Assembly (NCBI GenBank): GCA_963777505.1
Contig: CAVZQN010000004.1
Location: 1,824,001-1,888,000, forward strand
Length of the DNA: 64,000 nt
Reading direction: 5' to 3'
Source: an uncultured bacterium
Lineage (GTDB): Bacteria; Acidobacteriota; HRBIN11; JAKEFK01
The stretch's first letter is position 1. Each line of letters begins with the position of its first letter. Made by a program: the position numbers and the translations under genes. Below the pieces are notes generated by a model. That model did no database searches, was not told the DNA's origin, and worked only from the letters and a program-made list of their open reading frames with translations. This document shows positions 10,101 to 21,120 of the stretch, in pieces.

Positions 10101-11928
10101 AAACTTCGAGGTATTCGAAACAACATTCGATTTACCACCGCAAATCAATTCACCGAAGTTGCCGGTTGCGAAAAGAGCAAACAACTCCAAACGTGAAGCG
10201 AATGCGCGGACAGCGCATCCGAGATCACTCTTTAGCCGATCTGCACCTGCACAAGCAGCGCTCGATCCAAGTGCTACAGCTACATGGTTCTTCGGTGCAC
10301 CAATTCCGATTGGAACTGTCCGGTATGCTCACGCACGATGTGACACTCAACCAAACAACTTCTATATCATCTCGGGATTTGATGCGAGCTTTAACTATAC
10401 TGATGCATCATGGCGTTACGATGCAGCAGCGAACGCATGGACGGAGCTTGCTCCATACCCAACCGCATCAGAAGGTGCAACAGCAACCTGTTATCAAGGC
10501 AAAATCTATGTGATGGGTGGATTCGACGATTCGTTTGCCCCAACAGATACACTGTACATCTATGACATTGCGAACGACTCATGGTCAACTGGTGCTTCAT
10601 TACCACGTACAGTCTGGGGAGCATCAGCCGGTGCATGGGATGGAAAAGTGGTTCTAATCGGTGGAGATAATTTCGGTGTCACCGATGAAGTTAATATTTA
10701 TGACGTAGCCACTGATACGTGGACAGCTACAGGTGCATCAATGCCTGCGGCTGCGCAACTACCGGGATTCTTCCAGACTGCTAACTATGTTTACCTTGTT
10801 GGTGGTTGGGATGACAACAGTCCGATTGCGAATGTTGCGGCTACACAACGCTATGACATTGTTACAGATACATGGGAAAGTGGGCCAACACTCAATTTCC
10901 CAAGATCTGATCTGGCCCTTGCTGCAACCGATACTGCTTTGTATTCAATTGGTGGTGACGAAGATGGCGGCAGTTTCTTCGATGCGATTGGTACGGTCGA
11001 ACGTCTCGATCTTACATCGTGGCCCGCTGGGACTTGGGAGGATACAGGTGATCCAATTCCAGTGGCAGTTAGCTCAAATAATGGAGGCTTCTGTACGGAA
11101 GTAATACAGGTGTTTGGAACCATCGGGGAATTCTGGAGCGTCGGTGGTGGTGATGCATTCGGCAACATCCTTGGAAACAATGCATTCCGTCCAAACGATG
11201 AACATTGCTTCTCAATCTTCAGCGATGTTCCATGGCTGGAAGTTACATTGCCCACATCACTAACTGGATCTGTTCCGCCGGATAGTTCATTAGCGTTGAA
11301 TGTGAATTTCAATGCTGCCGGACTTGCTCCTGGCGATTACACTGCATCAATCGTGATTGTGACAAACGATCCAGGCGCACCCCAATTTGTAATTCCGGTC
11401 ACATTGCATGTATCAGCAGCGTTGTTCAACGATGACTTCAACGACGGTGTTCTTGACCCGAATTGGACGTACAAGAAAACGTGGACTGAAGCAGGCGGCG
11501 TTTTGACACTGACTACAAACATTAAGAAAGGAAGTGCAATCGCAACTCCAATCTTCGCTGGTTGTCAAAATTGCGGTATTTCCACATCCGTCTCAACTTC
11601 TGGTGGATTGGGCAACCGCGTCATGATTTATGGCTGGTACGTCAGTCAAAATACCTTTGTCGAACTCGTTCTTCGAGACGATACAAATAAGGCAAGCATT
11701 AGACAACGAGTGGGTGGTTCTCTGGTGAAGAGGCAGAACGCTTCGCTCACCATCGAGCCGAACACATTCTATACCGTGACTATGACTTATGACGGTACGA
11801 ATATAGTCGTAAATGTTGATGGGACTGACCTCATGACATTTACACCGCAAGGATCGTTAAGTACTGGTACTGTTGGATTCGCAGTAAAGAGCGGTACCGG
11901 TTCCTTTGACTTTATTACAGTGAACTAA
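7142..11928 (+). CDS. Giant secreted protein with carboxypeptidase-regulatory-like, beta-sandwich and Ig-like domains, two Kelch propellers and a C-terminal ConA-like domain (frameshift near 8600)
   Basis: Signal peptide; Kelch GG/YD/W repeats; the frame of ORF 8707 extends upstream (KAAGDKKRKADGSKKKNSPLDPPWTAVADYPINIMDN) to the A-rich tract at 8591-8606. Confidence 0.85.
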
Positions 11929-11941
11929 CGTAGAAACTTCT

Positions 11942-11979
11942 GTATGGGACAGGAGTACACACTTCTGTCCCATACTTTT
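11942..11979 (+). terminator. Terminator-like hairpin
   Basis: GTATGGGACAGGAG...CTTCTGTCCCATAC followed by TTTT. Confidence 0.75.
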
Positions 11980-12018
11980 CCTTAACGGTAAAACCGTTCG
12001 AGATTGAAGGAGCGGTTC

Positions 12019-15000
12019 ATGAAATCTGGATTTAGATTTTTCCTTCTGCTTTTATTAATTCTTCCAGGGATTGTTTTTGCCTTTCAACCAAAGAATGATC
12101 AAAAATGATTTAACCCAAAAAGAATTCTTCCTTCCGGAGTTGTATATCGGCAACAAGGCAGTTACTCGTGCTGAGATCGACTCCCAGTTAAAAAACAAAG
12201 ATGCGCTAAATACTTTTGTCGGAAAATATGGTTCTGAAACCGTAATTTGGTTAGATCCACGTTCTGGAAATGCAATGAGCATCATAGGCGCAATTCCACT
12301 CATCCCAGGAAAGGGAGCTGGAAATCATTTATCAATTGAATCCATTTCGAATCAATTGGGAAAACAAGTTGCAGAAATAACACCTGAAATTGTTGGTGAA
12401 TTATTCCACGATTTTGTAAATAAGAATCGAGCTGCAATTGGAATTGATGTAAGCCAATTAGGTTCTGTTAAAGCTGTAAAAATTAATGATCGATTGTGGA
12501 ACATTAGCATTCCTCAAGTTGTTAATGGAATTCCCGTTCGCTGGGGCCGTTATACAGCTACGATTAACAGCGGGAATATTGTTCTTCAAGGTGCTGCTAC
12601 ATGGGGAAATGTTCGCATCAATACAACCCCATCAATCTCCGCGTTTCAAAGCGTGGAATTTGGTTTCAATTATGCGGGTGGCCGTCTTTCCAATGACAGA
12701 ATGTGGAAAGAGCCAGAATTAGAAATCATACCTATCGCGCCTCCTGCATTCGCAGTTGGTGAACATGGATTCGCTGGAGAAATTGGATCCGGATATGGAC
12801 ACCGCCTTGCATGGGTATTTGGATTTCAACGTGCACCTGAAAGTCCAAAATGGCAAGTTACAGTCGATGCACACACATCCGAAATTCTTGCATTTGAAGA
12901 TAAGAATCATTACATCAGCAAGCAGATTAAGGGTGGAGTTTATCCAGTAACAAATACTGAGATCTGTCCTGACAATCCTCGCTGCGGAGTCTTGCAGGAC
13001 GACTATCCGATGCCTTTTACAAATACAGGTTTTGCCGCGCCCAATGATTTCACGAATAGCGGCGGCGTATTTGATTACACAAGCGGGACAACGACAACAA
13101 ACTTGACCGGGCCTTACGTTGAAATTACTGATACATGTGGCTCGCATTCCGGAACTGGCTCCGGTGATGTTCTTCTTGGCGGAGTCAATGGGGATCATGA
13201 TTGCGATTTCGGTACCGGCAACACAACAACTGCTGCAGCCCGTGCCGGTATGTACGAAGTCAACAGAATTTTTGAGACCGGACGCGGTTATTTGCCGGAG
13301 AATCCCTGGCTTCAAGGAAACCAGGGTGGTCCTCTCCCAACAAATATGAACATCAATCAGACGTGTAATGCTTTTTACACATTTGGAGATCCCGGCACGA
13401 TTAATTTTTATCGGGAGGGTGGAGGATGTCGCAACACCGGTGAAATTGCGGCCATCTTTGATCATGAATGGGGTCATGGGATGGATGAGCATGATTCAGC
13501 CGGAATCTTTAGCAGCTCAAGCGAAGGATATGCTGACATCGCCGGAATGTATCGTTTATGGGCTTCCTGCGTGGGATACGGATTCTTTATGTCGGGCAGT
13601 CTGGGCTGCGGAGATACGATAGATGGAACTGGTCCCAATAATAATGAAGCACAGCAAGGTGGTGATGTTTGTGATCTCGATTGTTCCGGTGTACGAGATT
13701 CAGACTATTTTAAGATTGCTGGCGGAACTCCTCTCGGAGTCAATTTTGTATGCACAAGCTGTTTCGCTGGTGACAGTGGTCCATGCGGACGTCAAGTTCA
13801 TTGTTCCGCAACACCGACACGTGAAGCAGCGTGGAATTTCGTTGCACGCGAATTACAAAACCCACTCGGTGCTGATGTCGATGCAAATACTGCATTCATC
13901 ATCGGAGATAAAGTTTTTTATCAAGGAAGCGGAAATGTCGGTACATGGCATAACTGCTCCTGTCCAAGTACTTCGGACGGATGTAACGCTGACGGCGGTT
14001 ATCTAAATTGGCTTGCAGCCGATGATGATAATGGAAGCATCGCTGATGGTACACCGCATATGCTTGATATTCATGCCGCTTTTAACACGAATGGAATCGC
14101 GTGCGCGAATCCTGCTCCGGTTCAAAGCGGTTGTGCAGGCGGCCCTGCTACGCCTCCAGTGTTAACAACACAACCCGGAAGCAATGCAGCTACCCTCAAT
14201 TGGACTTCGGTTACCGGAGCGAATAAGTACAACATTTATCGTACTGAAGGTTTTGCAGGCTGTAATTTTGGCAAAACGTTGATCGCAACCGTAGATAGCC
14301 CAAATCTAAATTTCACAGATACGGAAATCGCAAATGGCCGTGAGCATTGGTATGTAGTCATGGCTGAAGGTGCGAATGATGCCTGTTTCAGCGATGCCAG
14401 TAACTGTGCCAACGTCACACCGCAACCTTGTGCAGGTGCCGTGAGTCTTGATAGCAGTGTTTATTCTTGCTCAGACTCAGTAGACATTACAGTTGTCGAT
14501 TCCGATTTAACTGGAGCTGGCACATTGGATGTTTCCGTAACTTCAACGACTGAAACGACACCTGAAGTCATCACGCTAACTGAAACGCCCGCATCCTCTG
14601 GCACATTCGTTGGTTCAATCGGAACGACGACTGCAGCACCAGCAGATGATGGCCTCATTTCAACTGTGCATGAAGACACAATTTCAGTCACGTATCATGA
14701 CGAATCATTCTGCGGACCCGAACAGGATGTAACGGCTACCGCAACAACAGATTGCCTGTCTGTATTGAGTCATACGGACTCTTCCTTTACAGATTCTTGT
14801 ACAGGAGGCGGGGCAGGCGATGGAGATGGAATCCTGGATCCTGGTGAAACCGCAACGTTGGAAGTTACAGCGGAAAACACGAGTATCACTGACGCAACAG
14901 GCGTAACAGCGACACTCTCAACAACGACACCCGGCGTAACGATTACGGATAACGAGGCGACTTTCCCAACGATTCCAGCTGGCGGAAGCGCAACTTCAGA

Positions 15001-16378
15001 ACCGCCTCATTTCACTATTTCAGTGAGCCCAAGTATTACCTGTGCGACCTTTATTGATTTCACAATCACATATGAAACAAACGAAGGAAGCTCCAGCGAT
15101 AACTTCACTGTACTTGTTGGATTAAATACAATCCTTACGAACAACTACAGCTCAACCGATGTGCCCAAAGCCATAACGGATCTTTCAACGATTATGTCAA
15201 CTCTTAACGTTGGAGATGGTGGCCCGATCAATGATGTAGATGTTTCATTAACTCTGCTTCATTCAGCTGATGGAGATCTGGATATTTCACTCATTTCTCC
15301 TGATGGCACAACGGAAGTAAATCTATCAAGCGATAACGGTGGGTTCGGCAACGATTACACCGGTACAAAGTTTGATGATGATCAGGGTTCACCAATCACT
15401 TCCGGAGTTCCACCCTTTACAGGTACATTCAGACCTGAAGGATTGTTGAGCACATATGACACCTCAGAAAAATCGGGAACCTGGACATTGAAAATTGCTG
15501 ATGATACAGCAACCAATACAGGGAATCTGATTTCATGGGGTCTTACAATCAAGGAAGATACGGCCGTTTGCAATGTTTGCGGTGCAGGATGTCCTACTAT
15601 CACGCTGTCACCGCCGACATTACCGAATGGTGCGATCGATGTTGCGTACAATCAAACGATCACTCCAAGCGGCGGAGCGGGTCCATACACATTCGGTGTT
15701 ACAAGTGGAGCACTGCCGGATGGACTGACTCTTGATCCGAACACAGGTGTAATTTCGGGAACGCCAACGGTTGCAAATACTTTCAACTTCACAGTGACTG
15801 CAACTGATACAAACGCTTGTACGGGTAGTCAAGCGTATTCGATCACAATCGATCCCGCGCCTGACTGTTTGTTCTGCGACTTATTTGATGACGGGGTCCT
15901 TGCAACAGATTGGACCTATACACCCAATTCGAATGCGTGGTCTGAAACTGCTTCGATCACTGGTTCAACTTCCAGGAGAACATCAGCTATTGCAAGCCCT
16001 GTGTTTGCTGGCTGTTTAAACTGCTATGTAGAAACAGTGATGCGCAGTACGAATGCTGTAGGAGGACAGGTCGCCGTCCTACTTCATTATGTTGATAAGC
16101 TAAACCTTATTGAACTCGTGATGAGAGTCGATAAGGGTCGCTTTATTCTCAGACAACGAGCTGGTGGATCTGTCGTTGCAAAAGCAAACGTGAAGATGGA
16201 ATTAGAACCGAACACGGATTATACGGTTCGAATCACCTACGACGGAACAAATTACGTTGCTTCAGTCGATGGAACGGATGTCATCACACTAACACCTGGT
16301 GCTCAGGTCACCGAAGGAACCGTTGGCTTTAGAGTCAAAGGAACTACAGGGACCTTCCAGCGAATCGAAGTAAATTAA
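12019..16378 (+). CDS. Secreted M36/M4-like zinc metalloprotease with propeptide, FN3, P-domain, putative Ig and C-terminal ConA-like domain (frameshift near 12103)
   Basis: CNAFY...HEWGH...SEGYAD zincin motifs; ATG 12019 after GAAGGAG gives signal peptide MKSGFRFFLLLLLILPGIVFA, joined to the long ORF by removing one A at 12102-12106. Confidence 0.85.
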
Positions 16379-16386
16379 TGAAATTT

Positions 16387-16414
16387 TAGGGGCGGGTCTT
16401 GGACCCGCCTCTAC
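16387..16414. repeat. GTAG-type REP palindrome
   Basis: TAGGGGCGGGTC-TTG-GACCCGCCTCTAC. Confidence 0.8.
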
Positions 16415-16575
16415 CTTTCTTCTTCAGAACAAATACTAACCACAGAGTCACAAAGCTCAACAACCCGTCAGAGCCTTTAATACCAAATGCGTTTGTCGAC
16501 GGTAAGTTCTTGACAAGAAAAGAGATTGTCAATAACATTGCTTCTCGTAGTGTAAGAGTAGGGAATCAGGATTTC

Positions 16576-18018
16576 ATGAAAATAGACCGATTCTGGGGCA
16601 TTAAGACGATCGCGATTTTGGCTTTAATTTTCGCAATTTGTCCTGGTAGCTCCGCTGAAAGTTTGGACTCAGGTTGTTGGTTTGGCCGAGGTGCGAATCC
16701 GATCGCTCCGGATTCGGCTGAGTTCCGCAGTTTTACAGCCGATCAGTATTTCAAAATCCATTTTCCTGCTCATGATTCCTCGTTTCATGATGCCGATAGG
16801 AATGGCATCCCTGACGCGCTGGAAGCTCAAATTCAACTATTCTCAAAATCGCGTCATTTTGTTCAAACTGTCTTAGGCTGGCCTTTACCATCATCACGAA
16901 TTCAAACGGGTGCGCCACAGCTTGATGTGTATTTTATTTCAGCCGGAAAGAAGTTTTCAGGAGCTGTATATAAAGAGAATTCCTTACATATCGTTTTTAA
17001 CAAAAGTGTTTTGTCACGTCCTGATTTTGCAGCAATCTTGATTCATCAATTTGCGCATGCGGCGGAGCTTTCCTACAAATCATCGGGTGACTACTGGTTC
17101 TATGAAGCAACTGCCGGATGGATGGAAGGACAATTCCAAAACTATTCAACCGCTACATTGCGCGCGCAGCAGCGGCGTTTTGAACACCCCGAAATTCCAT
17201 TGACTGATGATGATCCTTCAAGCGCGCTAGGTTCATCGCGATTTCTTGAATTGATTGCACGCCCAGCAAGGGATGTAATCAGACAGACGTGGGAACAATT
17301 GTCTTACACACGTGATGGCAGAGCGATGGAAGTTCTGGAAAATGTTTTAAACCTCAACCATCTGCCTTCGCTCGCTTCGTATCTACAGAATTACTATTTG
17401 ATGTTTCCAAAATCTTCATTCAAAGAAAGTAAAGAAGGTGAGTATGAAGTTCAGCCGTATTCTGCATCTTTAGTTGATGGTGATTCAGATGCAGATTCTG
17501 GCGGAGTCATACTGCGATTTTTGCCTTTCACAGAATCAACATATTCAACAAGCACAATGTTTTTCCCTAAAGGTGAAAAAAGCGGAATTCTATCGATGAA
17601 GCTCGGCTTAAACGGATCTTCATCTACAATGATTCCGTTTGGTGGACTTGATCATTTTCGTTTTGTACTCGTAAACGGTTCTTCGGACGTCTTGCGTGGA
17701 GAATTAAGGAAAGATAATGATGCCTCGATTCCCGGGAGTCTTGAATATTTTAAAGTCGTACCGGAAGAGAATGGCGTGTTAATTGAATGGAAAACGGCAC
17801 GTGAAAATGGCGTTGCTTTTTGGAATATTTACAGAGTAGGCGATGGGCAAAAAGAAAAACTCAATGTTTTCCCAATCCCTGCTTCTATTCAATCTGACGA
17901 AGGTATTCATTACATGTTCTATGATTCCTCTTCATCCTCGTTTTATTCACTGGAGGCGATTACTAGCGAAGGTTTTCCAAGCCCTTTAGGCAATTCTGAA
18001 TCACTGGAGCGCGATTGA
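16576..18018 (+). CDS. Secreted zincin-like protein (resembles MXAN_6640-type putative metalloproteases) with an HQxxH motif
   Basis: Signal peptide; DADRNGIPD Ca-binding-like loop; LDVYF; HQFAHA...WFYEATAGWME; C-terminal EWKTARE...WNIYR Ig-like domain. Confidence 0.7.
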   Translation: MKIDRFWGIKTIAILALIFAICPGSSAESLDSGCWFGRGANPIAPDSAEFRSFTADQYFKIHFPAHDSSFHDADRNGIPDALEAQIQLFSKSRHFVQTVLGWPLPSSRIQTGAPQLDVYFISAGKKFSGAVYKENSLHIVFNKSVLSRPDFAAILIHQFAHAAELSYKSSGDYWFYEATAGWMEGQFQNYSTATLRAQQRRFEHPEIPLTDDDPSSALGSSRFLELIARPARDVIRQTWEQLSYTRDGRAMEVLENVLNLNHLPSLASYLQNYYLMFPKSSFKESKEGEYEVQPYSASLVDGDSDADSGGVILRFLPFTESTYSTSTMFFPKGEKSGILSMKLGLNGSSSTMIPFGGLDHFRFVLVNGSSDVLRGELRKDNDASIPGSLEYFKVVPEENGVLIEWKTARENGVAFWNIYRVGDGQKEKLNVFPIPASIQSDEGIHYMFYDSSSSSFYSLEAITSEGFPSPLGNSESLERD

Positions 18019-18119
18019 AAAATCCATCGATTCAGGCGCTCGGAAATAGCTTGAACTTATGAATATCTGGGAGGCTCATTGAGCTTTCCGATATACGCTG
18101 CATATATCCAAGAACAAAG

Positions 18120-18256
18120 TACGAACAACGAATACGATTTACGAACTACGAACGAGCGCAAACCATATTCGCGGGCAATTGCTTTGGAAGCTTAAATCGA
18201 AAAAAGCTTAGTCAGCGGGTTCGTAATTCGTGCTTCGATTGTTTGTAGTTCGTAAA
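18120..18256. repeat. Inverted pair of short tandem arrays (ACGAACT-like)n ... (AGTTCGT-like)n
   Basis: ACGAACA ACGAATA CGATTT ACGAACT ACGAAC at 18121-18153; complementary GTTCGT units at 18219-18255. Confidence 0.75.
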
Positions 18257-18281
18257 TCTAAAAGAAAAAAGTGATCGCTCA

Positions 18282-19016
18282 ATGAAGTCTTCCAGCTCTT
18301 CGTCCTGCTTAGGATCGGCAGTTCTTCTGGTCATCGTTTTAATTGCAATCCGCTTCGCGCTCCCAGGCGTCTGGAAAATACTTGCAGCATTATTCTCTAC
18401 TGCTTTTTACGGTGGAGTCATCCTTGTTTTGTTGGGTTTGTTAGCGCTTGGATACTTCACTTACAAAAACCTTAAGAAGAATCAAATCAAGCAGGTAAAT
18501 GCCAAGACCGTACGCGTGGATCGTACAGAGGCTCTTTATCAATCCGTTGTTTCACGCTTGAACCAGGATGTCGTATTAAATGAAGTATCAGCAGAAGAAT
18601 TTCTTCAATCGGAGCTATTGATTGGAGATGCGATGAAGTCCGTAAAATTAGAGTTGGCTCGATTGAAGGATTTTGTTTCTCCTCAAAATGAAAGATTGCT
18701 TTCCAATCAAATACGAGATTACAAACAACAGTTCCAGCAAAGTACAGATGAAGCAGCGAAACAAGTCATTGAAGAAAATCTGAAGCTATTGAATGAAAAG
18801 AAGCAAAGGATGGCTGCAGCCGTGGAAGAGGTACGGCAAAAGGAAGCTTCTGTCGATCTTGTATACAACTGTCTGGTTCGTGTTGAAGATGATTTGAAAT
18901 TCGGACGTTCTGTGAACAGAATTTTCCCGCCAGAGATTTATACTCGTTTCGGGCTTACGCCTCCTGCGGAATCACGAATCCCGCCCCTCACGGAAAAAAG
19001 TTCGCAGGATAGTTAA
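18282..19016 (+). CDS. Hypothetical membrane protein, two TM helices plus coiled coil
   Basis: Hydrophobic N-terminus followed by a helical charged region. Confidence 0.75.
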   Translation: MKSSSSSSCLGSAVLLVIVLIAIRFALPGVWKILAALFSTAFYGGVILVLLGLLALGYFTYKNLKKNQIKQVNAKTVRVDRTEALYQSVVSRLNQDVVLNEVSAEEFLQSELLIGDAMKSVKLELARLKDFVSPQNERLLSNQIRDYKQQFQQSTDEAAKQVIEENLKLLNEKKQRMAAAVEEVRQKEASVDLVYNCLVRVEDDLKFGRSVNRIFPPEIYTRFGLTPPAESRIPPLTEKSSQDS

Positions 19017-19558
19017 TGCACATCGTTGAAGATTTATTGCCGTACTGTGAACGGCTTCAACAACGTGATCCTTCCCAAATCGAACTTGTTGTCATTCATT
19101 GTACTGAACTCCCCGATCTGAGTATGGCAAGAGAGTACGGACGAAGAATTATTTACGAGCAAAGTGGAACGGGCGTATCGGGGCACTATTACATCGATCG
19201 AACAGGTGAAATGTATCGCTTTGTTCCAGAAGATCGAATCGCAAACCATGTAGTAGGGCACAATGAAAGATCAATTGGAATCGAGCTTATAAATACAGGA
19301 AGATATCCAAATTGGTTTTCTGTAAACTCGCAAATAGCAACTGAACCTTATCCCGCAATCCAAATCGAATCCTTAAAACGATTACTGCAATTCTTGAAAG
19401 GTCATCTAATTAATTTGAAAAAGATCGCGCAGCATTCCGATCTCGATCAAAATGAAGTGCCTGCAGATGACAATCCTCAAATTTTGATCCGCCGGAAAAT
19501 TGACCCCGGGCCACAGTTTCCATGGGATGATCTTGTTCGTTTCTGGTTGACGCTCTAA
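19016..19558 (+). CDS. N-acetylmuramoyl-L-alanine amidase (Amidase_2, AmpD-like)
   Basis: VVIHCT, SGHYYIDRTG, HVVGHNERSIGIEL, HSD...RKIDPGPQFPW. Confidence 0.93.
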   Translation: MHIVEDLLPYCERLQQRDPSQIELVVIHCTELPDLSMAREYGRRIIYEQSGTGVSGHYYIDRTGEMYRFVPEDRIANHVVGHNERSIGIELINTGRYPNWFSVNSQIATEPYPAIQIESLKRLLQFLKGHLINLKKIAQHSDLDQNEVPADDNPQILIRRKIDPGPQFPWDDLVRFWLTL

Positions 19559-19636
19559 CAACTACAAATTATCGAACGAACGGCTACAAGATTTTCATTT
19601 CGTTGAAAACAGGTTCATCGAGCATAGATTCAACCC

Positions 19637-20689
19637 ATGGTTAGATCGAGTGTTTCTGTCGTGATTCCTATATACAACGAAATTGATGTTCTGCCGGAAC
19701 TCACACGCAGGCTGGAATCGATTATCGCGAAAAACCCCGAATTCAGATGGCACATTATTTATGTGGATGATGGCAGCAGCGATGGCTCGTCTTCTGTGAT
19801 GGAAAACCTTAGCAAAAGATTTTCATGGCTTAGCATCATTTTTCTTACACGCAATTTCGGGCATCAAAATGCAACGACCGCGGGGATCGATCATGCAACA
19901 GGCGACGCCGTTATTATCATGGATGGTGATCTGCAGGATCCCCCTGAATTGATTCCTGAAATGCTTTCCAAATGGAAGCAGGGATACGACGTCGTATATG
20001 CAACACGAAAAAAGCGCGATGGCGAATCAAAATTCAAGTTATATACAGCCCGGCTTTTTTACAGAATGCTTCACCAATTATCGGACACTGAAATCCCGGT
20101 TGATACGGGAGATTTCAGGCTCATGAGCAGACGTGCGATTGATGCAATCAATCAAATGCCCGAACAAAATAGATTTCTGCGTGGAATGGTCAGCTGGATC
20201 GGATTTAAACAGACTGCAGTTCATTACGAAAGGGACCGCAGATTCAGTGGAAATACAAAGTTCACACTCCCCAAAATGCTGGGGTTTGCTGTAAACGGCG
20301 TGCTGTCTTTCTCAACTTCTCCACTCCACTCAATCATGATGCTGGGTGTTCTCTTTACTGGACTCGGTTTTGCAGGATTTATCGGCTTACTCATCAAGCT
20401 ATTTATGCTAAATTCGGCATCGGCCGGTTGGGTTGTAGCCATCATTGTAATAATTTTTGTTAGTGGAATTCAATTGTTTTGCACTGGAGTCATTGGAGAA
20501 TACATATCAAGAATTTTCGATGAAGTTCGGAGGCGGCCTTTATATCTTATACAAAATATTAAAGGCCAACTTACACAGAAATCCGAAAATAAATTGAAGG
20601 AGGCTTATTTAGCCCGGACCGGTACCGCGAACTGGGAAGCTGGTCAAGTACGGTTTTTTGAGGATCTGCAGCGAACTCGTCCCAGGTGA
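19637..20689 (+). CDS. GT2 polyprenol-phosphate glycosyltransferase (GtrB/ArnC-like)
   Basis: VVIPIYNE, VDDGSSD, RNFGHQ, MDGDLQDPP, TGDFRLM, two C-terminal TMs, GEYI.RI..E...RP.Y. Confidence 0.95.
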   Translation: MVRSSVSVVIPIYNEIDVLPELTRRLESIIAKNPEFRWHIIYVDDGSSDGSSSVMENLSKRFSWLSIIFLTRNFGHQNATTAGIDHATGDAVIIMDGDLQDPPELIPEMLSKWKQGYDVVYATRKKRDGESKFKLYTARLFYRMLHQLSDTEIPVDTGDFRLMSRRAIDAINQMPEQNRFLRGMVSWIGFKQTAVHYERDRRFSGNTKFTLPKMLGFAVNGVLSFSTSPLHSIMMLGVLFTGLGFAGFIGLLIKLFMLNSASAGWVVAIIVIIFVSGIQLFCTGVIGEYISRIFDEVRRRPLYLIQNIKGQLTQKSENKLKEAYLARTGTANWEAGQVRFFEDLQRTRPR

Positions 20690-20740
20690 TTCTCTCAAGT
20701 TCAATGGCAATCCGATCGATGCATTCAATAGGAGTGTGCA

Positions 20741-21013
20741 ATGAAGTGGATAAAAACGACTTTGACAGCAATTCTGATTGCGACTTTCGTTATAACTCTT
20801 TTTGCGTTGGAACAAGAACCACCCAACGATAATCAAAATCTGAACATTAACCTGAACGAAAATTTGGCGTTGAACTTCAATCAAAACATCAACATAAATG
20901 AGAATTCAAATTTGAATATCAACGACAATTTCAATCTAAACGTAAACAGTAATCAGAACGGTAACAATAATCCAAATCTAAACGTGAACATAAACGAAAA
21001 TCAGAGCTTTTAA
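20741..21013 (+). CDS. Small secreted Asn-alternating (N-x)n peptide
   Basis: AGGAG RBS; Sec-type signal peptide; Asn at nearly every second position over ~60 residues, with mixed AAT/AAC codons. Confidence 0.8.
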   Translation: MKWIKTTLTAILIATFVITLFALEQEPPNDNQNLNINLNENLALNFNQNININENSNLNINDNFNLNVNSNQNGNNNPNLNVNINENQSF

Positions 21014-21027
21014 TAGGAAGAATTTTG

Positions 21028-21096
21028 TGGCGGGTCTAAGACTCTCCTGCGTGAATTAAGTTTCAAATTTCGGGCGGGTCTAAGACCCGCCCCTAC
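21028..21096. repeat. GTAG-type REP pair (one copy degenerate)
   Basis: GGCGGGTCTAAGACTCTCC and CGGGCGGGTCTAAGACCCGCCCCTAC between convergent genes. Confidence 0.8.
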
Positions 21097-21120
21097 GAAA
21101 AAATGCCCTACTACCTTAGC

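Noticed and set aside
7630-15832. Numerous nested and antisense ORFs inside the two giant genes
   Set aside because: Typical shadows of codon bias
20695-20725. sigma54 or sigma28 promoter for the Asn-rich peptide
   Set aside because: TGGCA...GC and TCAAG...CCGAT spacings do not fit either consensus
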